DNA of 64,000 nt from a virus (Duplodnaviria; Heunggongvirae; Uroviricota; Caudoviricetes): the IMG/VR virus record IMGVR_UViG_3300009551_000002, positions 1-64,000 of that record. One strand, given 5' to 3'. The number at the start of each line of letters is the position of its first letter. The first letter of the stretch is position 1. Shown piece by piece: positions 26,033 to 33,475 of the stretch. The notes under the pieces were generated by a model. The model was not told the DNA's origin and ran no database searches. It saw only the letters and a program-made list of their open reading frames with translations. A program made the position numbers and the translations under genes.

Positions 26033-26477
26033 GTATATCTCGAATTCTCCTCCAGTGACGATCACCTTTCCGGCAATCTTTACATTGCCTAGCGAGTCCG
26101 TTCCAACGCGTCGAGTTTTTGTGAAACTTTTTAACAGACCTGAATCGTTTGCAATGACTGCACCACGATTTCCCAGGCGGTAGTGCGGTCCTAGCCCCAG
26201 TTAAATAATGAGGGCGATTACAACGTGCGTGGGAAAAAGCGACGTTCTCCTGATCCCAAAAAAGATCCGCTGATTTATCTTCCCAAGGGCGCTTATGTTC
26301 GACGGTGAACTGCTGGACACTCTCGATCCTAGAGCCACATCTGAAGCAGAGATCCATTTTGGCTGCTACGGCCAGTCTAAATAGAATCGCTTTCCGTAAT
26401 TGATGTAGCGCGGTTCCGTAGGACATTCCAAGTTGCTTTTTGATCTTTGCCGCTCTGTTTCTCCAATCATAGGCCAT
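26019..26477 (-). CDS. HNH homing endonuclease
   Basis: CFRCGSRIESVQQFTVEHKRPWEDKSADLFWDQENVAFSHARCNRPH; inserted in the tRNA array; 3' end overlaps tRNA-Leu(CAA) by 14 nt; start taken at the internal ATG 26477. Confidence 0.55.
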   Translation of the reverse strand: MAYDWRNRAAKIKKQLGMSYGTALHQLRKAILFRLAVAAKMDLCFRCGSRIESVQQFTVEHKRPWEDKSADLFWDQENVAFSHARCNRPHYLTGARTALPPGKSWCSHCKRFRSVKKFHKNSTRWNGLARQCKDCRKGDRHWRRIRDIRARG

Positions 26478-26525
26478 GCTTTTTATAGTAACACTGGTGG
26501 GCACCTTTAGGATGCCCACCAATTC

Positions 26526-26615
26526 TGGTGGGTGCCCTCGGATTTGAACCGAGACTGCCGCAAGGGCAAGAAGTTTTACAGACTCCCGCGCCGTAACCAT
26601 ATCCGACTGTCACCC
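26526..26615 (-). tRNA. tRNA-Tyr(GUA)
   Basis: Class II with long variable arm; anticodon loop CTGTAAA. Confidence 0.6.
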
Positions 26616-26621
26616 GTAATT

Positions 26622-26716
26622 TGGCAGAGGGCCTGGGAGTCGAACCCAGTTGCGCTCGAAGGATCTAACGCGTGTCGCATTAGCAGTGCGATGGCTTACC
26701 GTCCGCCTCGCCCTCT
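26622..26716 (-). tRNA. tRNA-Ser(GCU)
   Basis: Class II; anticodon stem TCGCA/TGCGA, loop CTGCTAA. Confidence 0.65.
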
Positions 26717-26717
26717 G

Positions 26718-26790
26718 TGGCACGAGTGGAAGGAATCGAACCCTCAATCGCAGTTTTGGAGGCTGCTACCGTCACCGTCCGGTCACTCGT
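26718..26790 (-). tRNA. tRNA-Trp(CCA)
   Basis: Anticodon loop CTCCAAA; T-loop TTCGATT. Confidence 0.55.
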
Positions 26791-26799
26791 GTATAAATA

Positions 26800-26887
26800 T
26801 GGCGGAAGGGAGGAGAGTCGAACTCCTATGCGCCGAAGCTGCGGCAGTTTTCGAGACTGCTGGGTTACCATTTACCCATCCCTTCCG
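26800..26887 (-). tRNA. tRNA-Ser(CGA)
   Basis: Class II; anticodon stem GCAGT/ACTGC, loop CTCGAAA. Confidence 0.65.
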
Positions 26888-26901
26888 TGATGTCAAAGAT
26901 C

Positions 26902-26984
26902 TGGTAGCCCCGGAGAGAATTGAACTCTCACGCCCGAAGGCACTGGTTTCTAAGACCAGCGTGTATGCATTCCACCACGGGGCC
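26902..26984 (-). tRNA. tRNA-Leu(UAG)
   Basis: Class II; anticodon stem CTGGT/ACCAG, loop CTTAGAA. Confidence 0.65.
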
Positions 26985-26985
26985 G

Positions 26986-27061
26986 TGGACTGCTCGGTGA
27001 GAATCGAACTCACGATTGGCGGGGTTGCAATCCGCTGCCTTACCGTCTTGGCTACGAGCAG
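26986..27061 (-). tRNA. tRNA-Cys(GCA)
   Basis: Anticodon loop TTGCAAC; discriminator U73 as expected for Cys. Confidence 0.6.
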
Positions 27062-27195
27062 AGAAAATTGTTAGAGAGATGAATATGAACAGAGTCGCAA
27101 ACCGGTACTAGACCAGTAGCGATAGCGCAGGCAGTATAAAGATAGTGCGCGGTTCATGAGATCAGTATACATAAGTGAAGATTGTTTTGCAATAA

Positions 27196-27228
27196 AAAAA
27201 GCCCCGCTCTAAGTGGCGGGGCTTCGTT
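27196..27228. terminator. bidirectional rho-independent terminator
   Basis: AAAAAAA-GCCCCGC-tctaagt-GCGGGGC-TTCGTTTT: GC hairpin flanked by A- and T-runs. Confidence 0.7.
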
Positions 27229-27429
27229 TTACATTGCCTTCTTACCGGGCTTCTGACGCTTCTTCCCAGTCTTGAACCGATTGCGCCCTTTCAGGCGATG
27301 GGCCTTGCCGTCTTTCTCATATCGGCAATGCAGCGTCCGGTTCTTTTCAAAGTTAGCTCTGGGCTCGCCCTGCTGCCGCCGAAGTATATCCAGGCGACGA
27401 CGGCGAGCACCTTTGCTGGCATTGACCAT
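27229..27429 (-). CDS. small highly basic protein (ribosomal-protein-like; bL32-like family tentative)
   Basis: 66 aa, strongly K/R-rich; RBS AAGGAG 6 nt upstream of ATG; followed directly by the terminator; sits at the head of the tRNA array. Confidence 0.4.
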   Translation of the reverse strand: MVNASKGARRRRLDILRRQQGEPRANFEKNRTLHCRYEKDGKAHRLKGRNRFKTGKKRQKPGKKAM

Positions 27430-27502
27430 GACTCGCTCCTTTCTAGGTAGCTGTCATGGTGTACTCCTTATGAATTGGCATAGCCTTACAGGATAGCAGA
27501 AT

Positions 27503-27578
27503 TGGCAGAGGAGGAAGGACTCGAACCTTCGATTGCTGCGTTCAGAGCGCAGTGCAGTTGCCGCTGTGCCACTCCCCT
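27503..27578 (-). tRNA. tRNA-Gln(CUG)
   Basis: Anticodon stem CTGCG/CGCAG, loop CTCTGAA. Confidence 0.6.
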
Positions 27579-27586
27579 ATAAAAAT

Positions 27587-27662
27587 TGGTTGCGGGCAGG
27601 GGAGTCGAACCCCTCCGTCTGCGTCTTCAGCGCAGCACAATCACCACGATTGTTTGCCCGCT
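27587..27662 (-). tRNA. tRNA-Phe(GAA)
   Basis: Anticodon stem CTGCG/CGCAG, loop CTGAAGA; A1-A72 mismatch. Confidence 0.55.
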
Positions 27663-27728
27663 ACATCGAGCCGCCGTCGTCGCTCAGTGTCAGTGGTGCG
27701 ACGATGTCTAGTTGCGACGACTCGAACT

Positions 27729-27805
27729 TGGCGAGGATAGTGGGACTCGAACCCACGATGACCACTTTGAGGGAGTGGTGGCTTAGCCAGCTTGCCCATA
27801 TCCTC
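27729..27805 (-). tRNA. tRNA-Glu(CUC) (C33 in anticodon loop)
   Basis: Anticodon stem CCACT/AGTGG, loop CCCTCAA with C33 rather than U33. Confidence 0.45.
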
Positions 27806-27810
27806 GAACT

Positions 27811-27885
27811 TGGCGCGTCTGATCGGAGTTGAACCGACATCGACCTGAGCGACAGTCAGGTGCTCTGCCATTAAGCTACAGACGC
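27811..27885 (-). tRNA. tRNA-Asp(GUC)
   Basis: Anticodon stem CCTGA/TCAGG, loop CTGTCGC. Confidence 0.65.
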
Positions 27886-27890
27886 GAACT

Positions 27891-27966
27891 TGGTACTCCC
27901 CAGGTGACTCGAACACCCATTCCTGGTTTCGTAGACCAGTGCCTTGTCCAGTTAGACGAAGGGAGC
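27891..27966 (-). tRNA. tRNA-Arg(ACG)
   Basis: Anticodon stem CTGGT/ACCAG, loop CTACGAA. Confidence 0.65.
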
Positions 27967-27967
27967 A

Positions 27968-28041
27968 TGGTAGCGTCGAGGAGAATTGAACTCCTATTTA
28001 CTGAGTGAAAATCAGCCGTCCTGCCGTTAGACGACGACGCC
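27968..28041 (-). tRNA. tRNA-Glu(UUC)
   Basis: Anticodon loop TTTTCAC. Confidence 0.6.
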
Positions 28042-28051
28042 TCAAAAACAT

Positions 28052-28126
28052 TGGTGGGACCGGAGAGAATTGAACTCTCGCCTATCAACTTAAAAGGTTG
28101 CTGCCTCGCCATTCGGCCACGGTCCC
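28052..28126 (-). tRNA. tRNA-Lys(UUU)
   Basis: Anticodon loop CTTTTAA. Confidence 0.55.
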
Positions 28127-28132
28127 TAAACT

Positions 28133-28208
28133 TGGTGGGTCGCGTGAGGATCGAACTCACCGCGTCCTGATTAAGAGTCAGGTCCATCACCATTGATGGT
28201 AGCGACCC
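28133..28208 (-). tRNA. tRNA-Lys(CUU)
   Basis: Anticodon stem CCTGA/TCAGG, loop CTCTTAA. Confidence 0.65.
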
Positions 28209-28215
28209 GAAAACT

Positions 28216-28290
28216 TGGTCCCTCTGCTTGGACTCGAACCAAGACCCTTCGGCTTATGAGGCCGCCGCGCCACCTTTGCGCCACAGAGGA
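28216..28290 (-). tRNA. tRNA-Met(CAU) (elongator Met or Ile2-type; not resolved)
   Basis: Anticodon loop CTCATAA; D-arm GCGC-AAAGGTG-GCGC. Confidence 0.55.
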
Positions 28291-28291
28291 A

Positions 28292-28366
28292 TGGAAGGGA
28301 GACAGGGACTCGAACCCTGGTAAGCAACCTCAAAAGATGCCGTCCTGGCCGCTGAACGATCTCCCT
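28292..28366 (-). tRNA. tRNA-Gln(UUG)
   Basis: Anticodon loop TTTTGAG; A1-U72. Confidence 0.55.
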
Positions 28367-28372
28367 AAGACT

Positions 28373-28448
28373 TGGAACTCCCGGAGCGAGTCGAACGCTC
28401 GTCTACTCTTTAGAAGAGAGTGGCCCTGTTCCGTTGGACGACGGGAGT
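28373..28448 (-). tRNA. tRNA-Arg(UCU)
   Basis: Anticodon stem ACTCT/AGAGT, loop CTTCTAA. Confidence 0.65.
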
Positions 28449-28450
28449 AC

Positions 28451-28524
28451 TGGTCTCTTCGGGACGAGTTGAACGTCCATCGATCGGTTATCAGCCGATT
28501 GCTCTACCGCTGAGCTACGAAGAG
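28451..28524 (-). tRNA. tRNA-Ile(GAU)
   Basis: Anticodon stem ATCGG/CCGAT, loop CTGATAA. Confidence 0.65.
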
Positions 28525-28528
28525 GAAA

Positions 28529-28602
28529 TGGTGCCCCGTGACCGAATCGAACAGTCATTACTGAGATGTAAGCTCAGCGCTCTACCATTGAGCTAACAGG
28601 GC
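28529..28602 (-). tRNA. tRNA-Val(UAC)
   Basis: Anticodon stem CTGAG/CTCAG, loop CTTACAT. Confidence 0.65.
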
Positions 28603-28603
28603 G

Positions 28604-28680
28604 TGGCTCCGGCGATAGGACTCGAACCTATGAATGACCTGATTAACAGTCAGGCGCTTTACCAACTTAGCTACACCGGA
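28604..28680 (-). tRNA. tRNA-Asn(GUU)
   Basis: Anticodon stem CCTGA/TCAGG, loop CTGTTAA. Confidence 0.65.
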
Positions 28681-28690
28681 ACAAAAGAAA

Positions 28691-28767
28691 TGGTCCGGGC
28701 TACTGGATTTCAACCAGTGGTCTCCTGTTCCCAAGACAGGCGGATTAGCAGGCTTTCCTAAGCCCGG
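28691..28767 (-). tRNA. tRNA-Pro(UGG) with unusual T-loop (G56) and D-loop lacking GG
   Basis: Anticodon stem CCTGT/ACAGG, loop CTTGGGA; T-loop TTGAAAT; D-loop AAGCCTGCTAA. Confidence 0.55.
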
Positions 28768-28809
28768 ATATTTACTACAATTACGACATATTCAGTTGTC
28801 AAAGAACTA

Positions 28810-28885
28810 TGGTCGAGCCGCGCAGGATCGAACTGCGATCTCAGCCTTCGGAGGACTGGGTCCTGTCCGTTTGAACGACGGCCCG
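28810..28885 (-). tRNA. tRNA-Arg(CCG)
   Basis: Anticodon stem CAGTC/GGCTG, loop CTCCGAA. Confidence 0.6.
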
Positions 28886-28889
28886 AAAT

Positions 28890-28965
28890 TGGAGTCGGCG
28901 TCGGAACTCGAATCCGAATTTGCAGTTTAGGAAACTGCCGCTCTGTCCAATTGAACTACGCCGAC
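28890..28965 (-). tRNA. tRNA-Arg(CCU)
   Basis: Anticodon stem GCAGT/ACTGC, loop TTCCTAA. Confidence 0.65.
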
Positions 28966-28966
28966 A

Positions 28967-29041
28967 TGGGGTGGCCGGAGGAGCTTGAATCCTCTTTCAC
29001 TGATCCACAGTCAGCGGCTTTACCGTATAAGCTACGGCCAC
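28967..29041 (-). tRNA. tRNA-His(GUG)
   Basis: Anticodon loop CTGTGGA; discriminator C73 typical of His; no encoded G-1. Confidence 0.6.
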
Positions 29042-29044
29042 AGT

Positions 29045-29120
29045 TGGTGGATCTCCGGGGAATCGAACCCCGATTTCTTCGGTGCAAACGAAGCTGCTTC
29101 CCGTTGGCAATGAGAGACCC
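29045..29120 (-). tRNA. tRNA-Ala(UGC)
   Basis: Anticodon stem CTTCG/CGAAG, loop TTTGCAC; G3-U70 alanine identity pair present. Confidence 0.6.
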
Positions 29121-29125
29121 GAAAT

Positions 29126-29187
29126 TGCACCCCACGCTCGGATTCTCACCGATGCACTGTCGACAACGCCTAGGCGCAGACGTGGGG
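29126..29187 (-). other. 62-nt tRNA-like remnant (7-bp acceptor-like stem, lacks one arm) containing two perfect palindromes
   Basis: CCCCACG...CGTGGGG acceptor-like stem ending T-GCA; internal CGCCTAGGCG and TGTCGACA palindromes; T-loop-like TGAGAAT is non-canonical. Confidence 0.25.
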
Positions 29188-29191
29188 AACT

Positions 29192-29266
29192 TGGAGCGAT
29201 CTATCGGACTCGAACCGATGTTGATGCGTTGGCAACGCAACGTCCTGGCCACTAGACGAAGACCGC
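29192..29266 (-). tRNA. tRNA-Gly(GCC)
   Basis: Anticodon loop TTGCCAA; discriminator U73. Confidence 0.55.
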
Positions 29267-29272
29267 GAAAAT

Positions 29273-29346
29273 TGGAGCGAGTAGTGAGAATCGAACTCAC
29301 GTCTGGAGTTTGGAAGACTCCGGCCCTGCCACTGGACGACACCCGC
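29273..29346 (-). tRNA. tRNA-Gly(UCC)
   Basis: Anticodon stem GGAGT/ACTCC, loop CTTCCAA; discriminator U73. Confidence 0.65.
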
Positions 29347-29351
29347 GAAAA

Positions 29352-29426
29352 TGGATCTGGCTCGGAGAATCGAACTCCGGTAGTCGGTTTACGATACCGA
29401 TGCTCTGCCGACTGAGCTAAGCCAGA
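29352..29426 (-). tRNA. tRNA-Thr(CGU)
   Basis: Anticodon stem TCGGT/ACCGA, loop ATCGTAA. Confidence 0.6.
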
Positions 29427-29427
29427 A

Positions 29428-29501
29428 TGGATCTGAGACTGGGACTTGAACCCAGGTCTGCGCCTTACCAAAGCGCCGTTCTGCCGCTGAACTATCCCAG
29501 A
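29428..29501 (-). tRNA. tRNA-Thr(GGU)
   Basis: Anticodon stem GCGCT/GGCGC, loop TTGGTAA. Confidence 0.65.
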
Positions 29502-29622
29502 GTGATATGGTTCCCGTGTTGCGCCGACCGGCTGTGGGAGATTTATGCCTGTCGGCTGGATTGGTCCGGTCGCGTCGCCTGTTCGGCAAACATGCGAATT
29601 CCAGTGACCTTATGATTAGTTT

Positions 29623-29693
29623 TGGGGCTCACGAACGGAGTCGAACCGTTGCCAGCATCCATACAAAGGGAGCCGCCCATCCGAGGCGTGAGC
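29623..29693 (-). other. truncated tRNA-like element (His-like acceptor with G-1/C73, canonical T-arm, too-short core)
   Basis: GCTCACG/CGTGAGC acceptor, C discriminator, CCA, T-arm AACGG-TTCGACT-CCGTT, but only 34 nt between acceptor and T-arm. Confidence 0.25.
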
Positions 29694-29882
29694 CTGGATG
29701 TGGTCCCTTCTATAGTCTGGAACGATCTAATCACGAAGCAAGGATATCAACAATAAAGATGAAATGCAATACCCTCAGTGGAGATTAAAGCGCGGCCCGG
29801 CGATACGTCTAGGAAGACCTGCTCCAACGTGTGACCTACCGCGCTCGGAAAGCATGAATTGTTGAAAGTGAACTGAACTATT

Positions 29883-30452
29883 TCATCCTATCAAATGCTC
29901 AGCTAATTGCAAGGCGAGTTCCTGTCGTCGTCGATTGCGAGCACGATTCGTATGGACATCGTAGACCGCGTTCTCGGCATCGATCTCGCAGGGGCGTGAA
30001 TCATGAGCGATGCGACGATTCCGTCCAGGCACATGACCATTAGCACTAGAGCTATTCATGAATCCTGTCCGGTACTGCCGAATGTGCGCCATCTCGTGGA
30101 TGCAGAGATCCACGAACCACTCGGCAGCTTCGAGAGCAAGCGTGTCGCGATCCTTGTAGTCAGAATGATCAGGCTTGACCCACGGGCGCTCTAGGACGCG
30201 CGGCAGGCTCGCCTCGATCCATCCTGTAGGGCACTGGAGGAGGCGCTTATCCTTGCTGGTAGTCGGCTTGCCGATCAGAGTCTTGCGATACGGCCTGCCA
30301 TTATAAGCCATGCCAGCGCCGTGGATTCGATGGCGTGTGTAGGTGAGCTTGACCGGCACGTCTCCTTTGATGTCGTTCGCACGTGCGGCGAAGTTGAGGA
30401 TGTCCTTCAGGAGAGCGTCGTCATATCGTGTGTGATTGTAGAGTCGTGTCAT
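29883..30452 (-). CDS. putative Zn-metallopeptidase (HExxH; SprT/WLM-like)
   Basis: DLCIHEMAHIRQY motif; 189 aa. Confidence 0.4.
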   Translation of the reverse strand: MTRLYNHTRYDDALLKDILNFAARANDIKGDVPVKLTYTRHRIHGAGMAYNGRPYRKTLIGKPTTSKDKRLLQCPTGWIEASLPRVLERPWVKPDHSDYKDRDTLALEAAEWFVDLCIHEMAHIRQYRTGFMNSSSANGHVPGRNRRIAHDSRPCEIDAENAVYDVHTNRARNRRRQELALQLAEHLIG

Positions 30453-30611
30453 ATGTAATTGGTGTCCTTTACTACTACCATTATACGGACGACACGAGAA
30501 ATTCCTCGATTTCTACTACATTGACGAATGAATAGAAAAGAGTTAAGTACAAAAAGTGACGACTTGCAATCAAGCTATCATTGATCGAAATGAATTGAGA
30601 TTGAGAAGAGA

Positions 30612-31034
30612 TCAACGACTTACGGGCGATGAGCGGCGAGTGAGTGTTGCAGGTAAAGCAGAAATAATTTCACTTTTCTTCTTCCGTCGATAAATGCGAA
30701 TGCGAAAGATACGGTAGGACTGAGCCGCAACCCAATTGCTGCTAACAGGCGAGTGAACGATTTTGAGATGATTCTGTGCTTGCTTGAGAGTGTCCCAGCC
30801 GTTGGTTCTGGCGATGGCGACGGCCTCCATACGACTGCGGGCGACGACGTAGACACGCTGCGTACGCCAGGGACTGGAGTCACGTTCGATGCGGATCGCA
30901 GCCTTGACCTGCTCTACGCGACGGAGAAGAGAGCTATGAAGCTTGGTGTAGCTGCCGGTCGTCTCACGAGAGAGGCGAACGCTCGCTGCTAGGTAGTCCA
31001 ATTCGTCGAGGAGTTCGTTCAGGTGGGAAGTCAT
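30612..31034 (-). CDS. hypothetical protein
   Basis: 140-aa ORF at the start of the long minus-strand array. Confidence 0.4.
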   Translation of the reverse strand: MTSHLNELLDELDYLAASVRLSRETTGSYTKLHSSLLRRVEQVKAAIRIERDSSPWRTQRVYVVARSRMEAVAIARTNGWDTLKQAQNHLKIVHSPVSSNWVAAQSYRIFRIRIYRRKKKSEIISALPATLTRRSSPVSR

Positions 31035-31254
31035 AATCGATAGAGAGCCTGCCCATGCGGAGTTTGAACAGTGGGAGATCCCGATTCACATACGGGCCAT
31101 TACTGGTACGATGATACGCCATGAACAGACGTGATCGAAACCACACGTACCAGCAGCCGGGACGATACCACTTCAGGTAAAACGGGCCGAGCTTTTTGCT
31201 ATAGGGCTCGGTCATAGATCCCACGGTGATAATACCGGGCCGCAACGAGTACAC
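30964..31254 (-). CDS. hypothetical Trp/Tyr-rich protein
   Basis: 96-aa ORF overlapping the neighbour by 70 nt. Confidence 0.25.
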   Translation of the reverse strand: MYSLRPGIITVGSMTEPYSKKLGPFYLKWYRPGCWYVWFRSRLFMAYHRTSNGPYVNRDLPLFKLRMGRLSIDYDFPPERTPRRIGLPSSERSPLS

Positions 31255-31363
31255 TCACAACCCATCGGATGATTAGGCTTCGCACACTTGCACTTGCCGA
31301 CCTGTTCTTTACAGGTCGCGCAGGTATCTTTAGGGTGCCCCGGATTCTCGTACTTCTTTTTGG

Positions 31364-31555
31364 TCATAGATGATAGAAGACGCCTCTACACGCGCGCACA
31401 GTATGTCCCATACCGGTCGAGTAAGCGTACGTTGGGTGGTCACGCAAAGGCTTATGACAGAGATCGCATGGAGCGTCGCCGCTCGCACGGAATACCTCGG
31501 CATCGTACGGCAGCACCGGACACTCCTTACGACAGAACTCGACGAGGCACTTCAT
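31364..31555 (-). CDS. hypothetical Cys-rich small protein
   Basis: 63 aa. Confidence 0.3.
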   Translation of the reverse strand: MKCLVEFCRKECPVLPYDAEVFRASGDAPCDLCHKPLRDHPTYAYSTGMGHTVRACRGVFYHL

Positions 31556-31842
31556 TTCGCATTCTTCGCTATCCAGGCTGCCGCGCGTTCATCGAGACGT
31601 TTCATGAGTTCGATGACGTCGGCTTCGTGATCGAGACAAAAGCACCAGTTTTGGTCGTATTTCATGACTGACCAGGGCTGCGAGTATTCGCCACAGTCTG
31701 GCCGGTACTCGGCGAAACAGTGTGTGCCCCAGAGCACATAGGAGAACTTCTTAGCTGGGGCAGCGGGAGCAGCGGGAGCAGGCGCAGCCACTGTCGGCAA
31801 CGTCGATGTCGGTGTCGGTTTCTTCGAGAATAACCAGAACAT
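31552..31842 (-). CDS. hypothetical protein
   Basis: 96 aa, Ala/Pro-rich N-terminus. Confidence 0.4.
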   Translation of the reverse strand: MFWLFSKKPTPTSTLPTVAAPAPAAPAAPAKKFSYVLWGTHCFAEYRPDCGEYSQPWSVMKYDQNWCFCLDHEADVIELMKRLDERAAAWIAKNAK

Positions 31843-32199
31843 TTATTTCTCCTTGCCGTAATGCAGATTAACTGATTGAACGATGCCTGCTCTCACCTGA
31901 CTGACCAGTAACGTCACAGAGTCTACATCGGAAAGGGAGAGGTTGATTGCGTCTCCAGGTTCTATGACGCAGCGGTCTTGGTCGAATTCAAACTTCCTAC
32001 CATCAATAGAAATTCCTGTTACTCGAATGATCGGACGTACGGCTAACGTCGCAGAGTCTACGTCTAGTCGAATCGTCGTCGGCTGCGGCTTCGGGATGCT
32101 GTACACCTTCCTGCCCGGCACCCAGAGCAGTCGTTCATGGTCCAGGACGAGCGCGGCTGCGGCGGCACTGAGGAAGGATCGGCGATTGATATTCATCAT
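31843..32199 (-). CDS. hypothetical protein
   Basis: 118 aa, adjacent stop/start. Confidence 0.45.
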   Translation of the reverse strand: MMNINRRSFLSAAAAALVLDHERLLWVPGRKVYSIPKPQPTTIRLDVDSATLAVRPIIRVTGISIDGRKFEFDQDRCVIEPGDAINLSLSDVDSVTLLVSQVRAGIVQSVNLHYGKEK

Positions 32200-32507
32200 C
32201 GCTCCGAAGAGGGAACCGAGAAAATGAACACGGCGTCGCCGGGCTCATTGAATCCAGGCTTGTCGTATTCGACTCTCCAGCCAGCGGCTCTGTATATGTC
32301 TTCTACGTCGAGGAGTTTGTCAGCGAAGATATGTTCTTTCGCAAAGCCAGCGTTAAACAATGCCGAGACGATGTCGCTCTGCTTGATACGTGCACTGCCA
32401 CTAGAGAAATTGAACGCGATCAGGCGATTGAAGATCTCAATCACCTTGTCAGGGATGACAGTGGCCTTGTGCGAAACGACCTCTGACGGTCGGATCGGAT
32501 TAGTCAC
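32196..32507 (-). CDS. hypothetical protein
   Basis: 103 aa, 4-nt overlap. Confidence 0.45.
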   Translation of the reverse strand: MTNPIRPSEVVSHKATVIPDKVIEIFNRLIAFNFSSGSARIKQSDIVSALFNAGFAKEHIFADKLLDVEDIYRAAGWRVEYDKPGFNEPGDAVFIFSVPSSER

Positions 32508-32749
32508 GGTAGTCGGTCCTCCTCAGAACGAAACTTGTCAAGCTCCGCGTCGACGAGAGCTTCATTGTAGATCCGCAAGCACTCTTGGCAGTTCGGCATC
32601 TCATTGGGGGCACGCATAAATCGTTTCTGCTTGCCGCCGCAGAAGGGAGGGTCTCCGATGTGAAGTATCCTTGTCATTTGTGAATCCCAAAAGTGCCAAT
32701 ATCGTTTTTCACCAAAAAATCGCCGGAGGGGATTTCGGACAAAAGAGTC

Positions 32750-33064
32750 TTAATCTACCGAGGACGATTTGTTGATGATTGCCATGCACTCCTTGGCCAG
32801 CTTAGCCGGTGGTTTATCCAGATCGTTATTGTCCAGGAACAGTGTCAACCAATTTCCATTCAGAGGGACGGCAAGTGCCAGACAAGGCACCCACTCTTTT
32901 TCACGCGAGTGGAGTATGGACCTGCTGTCAGCTACACCATTCCCCAGCACCCGGCGCTGCACAGCAGTAATATTTGGCTTCATGGGGCTCGGGGTAAGCT
33001 TGGCTTCAAGGACGGCCAAGAAAGCCATCAGACGCTTAGCGGTAGTGGGCTGTGATTTCGCCAT
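32750..33064 (-). CDS. hypothetical protein
   Basis: 104 aa. Confidence 0.4.
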   Translation of the reverse strand: MAKSQPTTAKRLMAFLAVLEAKLTPSPMKPNITAVQRRVLGNGVADSRSILHSREKEWVPCLALAVPLNGNWLTLFLDNNDLDKPPAKLAKECMAIINKSSSVD

Positions 33065-33221
33065 AGATCCTCCAGAGCAAAAATAAACCTAGACTGATAC
33101 GCATGATGTTCCACCAGAAATTGGATACCCCGCGCTTGCCGTAATAACATGAGCAGCAACCGTCGAATCGATCATTCGGATCGAAGAGGTAACGCCGGTC
33201 GCAGATACGGCAGCGTTTCAC
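33036..33221 (-). CDS. small Zn-ribbon protein
   Basis: CRICDRRY...CCSCYYGKRG cysteine pairs. Confidence 0.35.
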   Translation of the reverse strand: MKRCRICDRRYLFDPNDRFDGCCSCYYGKRGVSNFWWNIMRISLGLFLLWRIYGEITAHYR

Positions 33222-33472
33222 TGCCGGATCTCCAATCCGACATACTCGAAACGTGGGACGTGTTTGACAGTGCCAGGAATCAGAGAGTCAACCTGCACGA
33301 CGCCTAAGAACATGCTGGCCGGTCGGACGCGCATACGGAGGCCGGGAAGATGAGCGCCGGTCAATGAGACGTAGACGACCATTTCTTCGTTAGTCTCCGT
33401 GTGCGCGGCTAGACCGATGACCAAATAATAGCCGCCCTTGTAGTGCTTCCAGACACCAGCAGCGATCTTCAT
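33218..33472 (-). CDS. hypothetical protein
   Basis: 84 aa. Confidence 0.4.
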   Translation of the reverse strand: MKIAAGVWKHYKGGYYLVIGLAAHTETNEEMVVYVSLTGAHLPGLRMRVRPASMFLGVVQVDSLIPGTVKHVPRFEYVGLEIRQ

Positions 33473-33475
33473 AAG

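Noticed and set aside
27229-27429. Calling the 66-aa basic protein a definite ribosomal protein L32
   Set aside because: Similarity is limited to composition and a few aligned positions. It is kept as a tentative 'ribosomal-protein-like' call only.
24880-29693. Possibility that the regularly spaced repeats are a CRISPR array
   Set aside because: The units are 73-95 nt cloverleaves with different sequences and conserved tRNA arms, not identical 28-37-nt direct repeats with spacers.
27533-29788. Plus- and minus-strand ORFs in the track across the tRNA array (for example 27533-27832, 27641-27916, 28951-29415, 28956-29471, 29507-29788)
   Set aside because: They are translations of consecutive tRNA genes. 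Recurring GIEPR/GLEPT/SNP peptides come from T-arm sequences, and the spans coincide exactly with the tRNA calls.
32514-32690. Possible 57-aa Zn-finger ORF on the minus strand between 32507 and 32750
   Set aside because: The reading frame could not be reconciled by hand (length not a multiple of 3), so no call was made.
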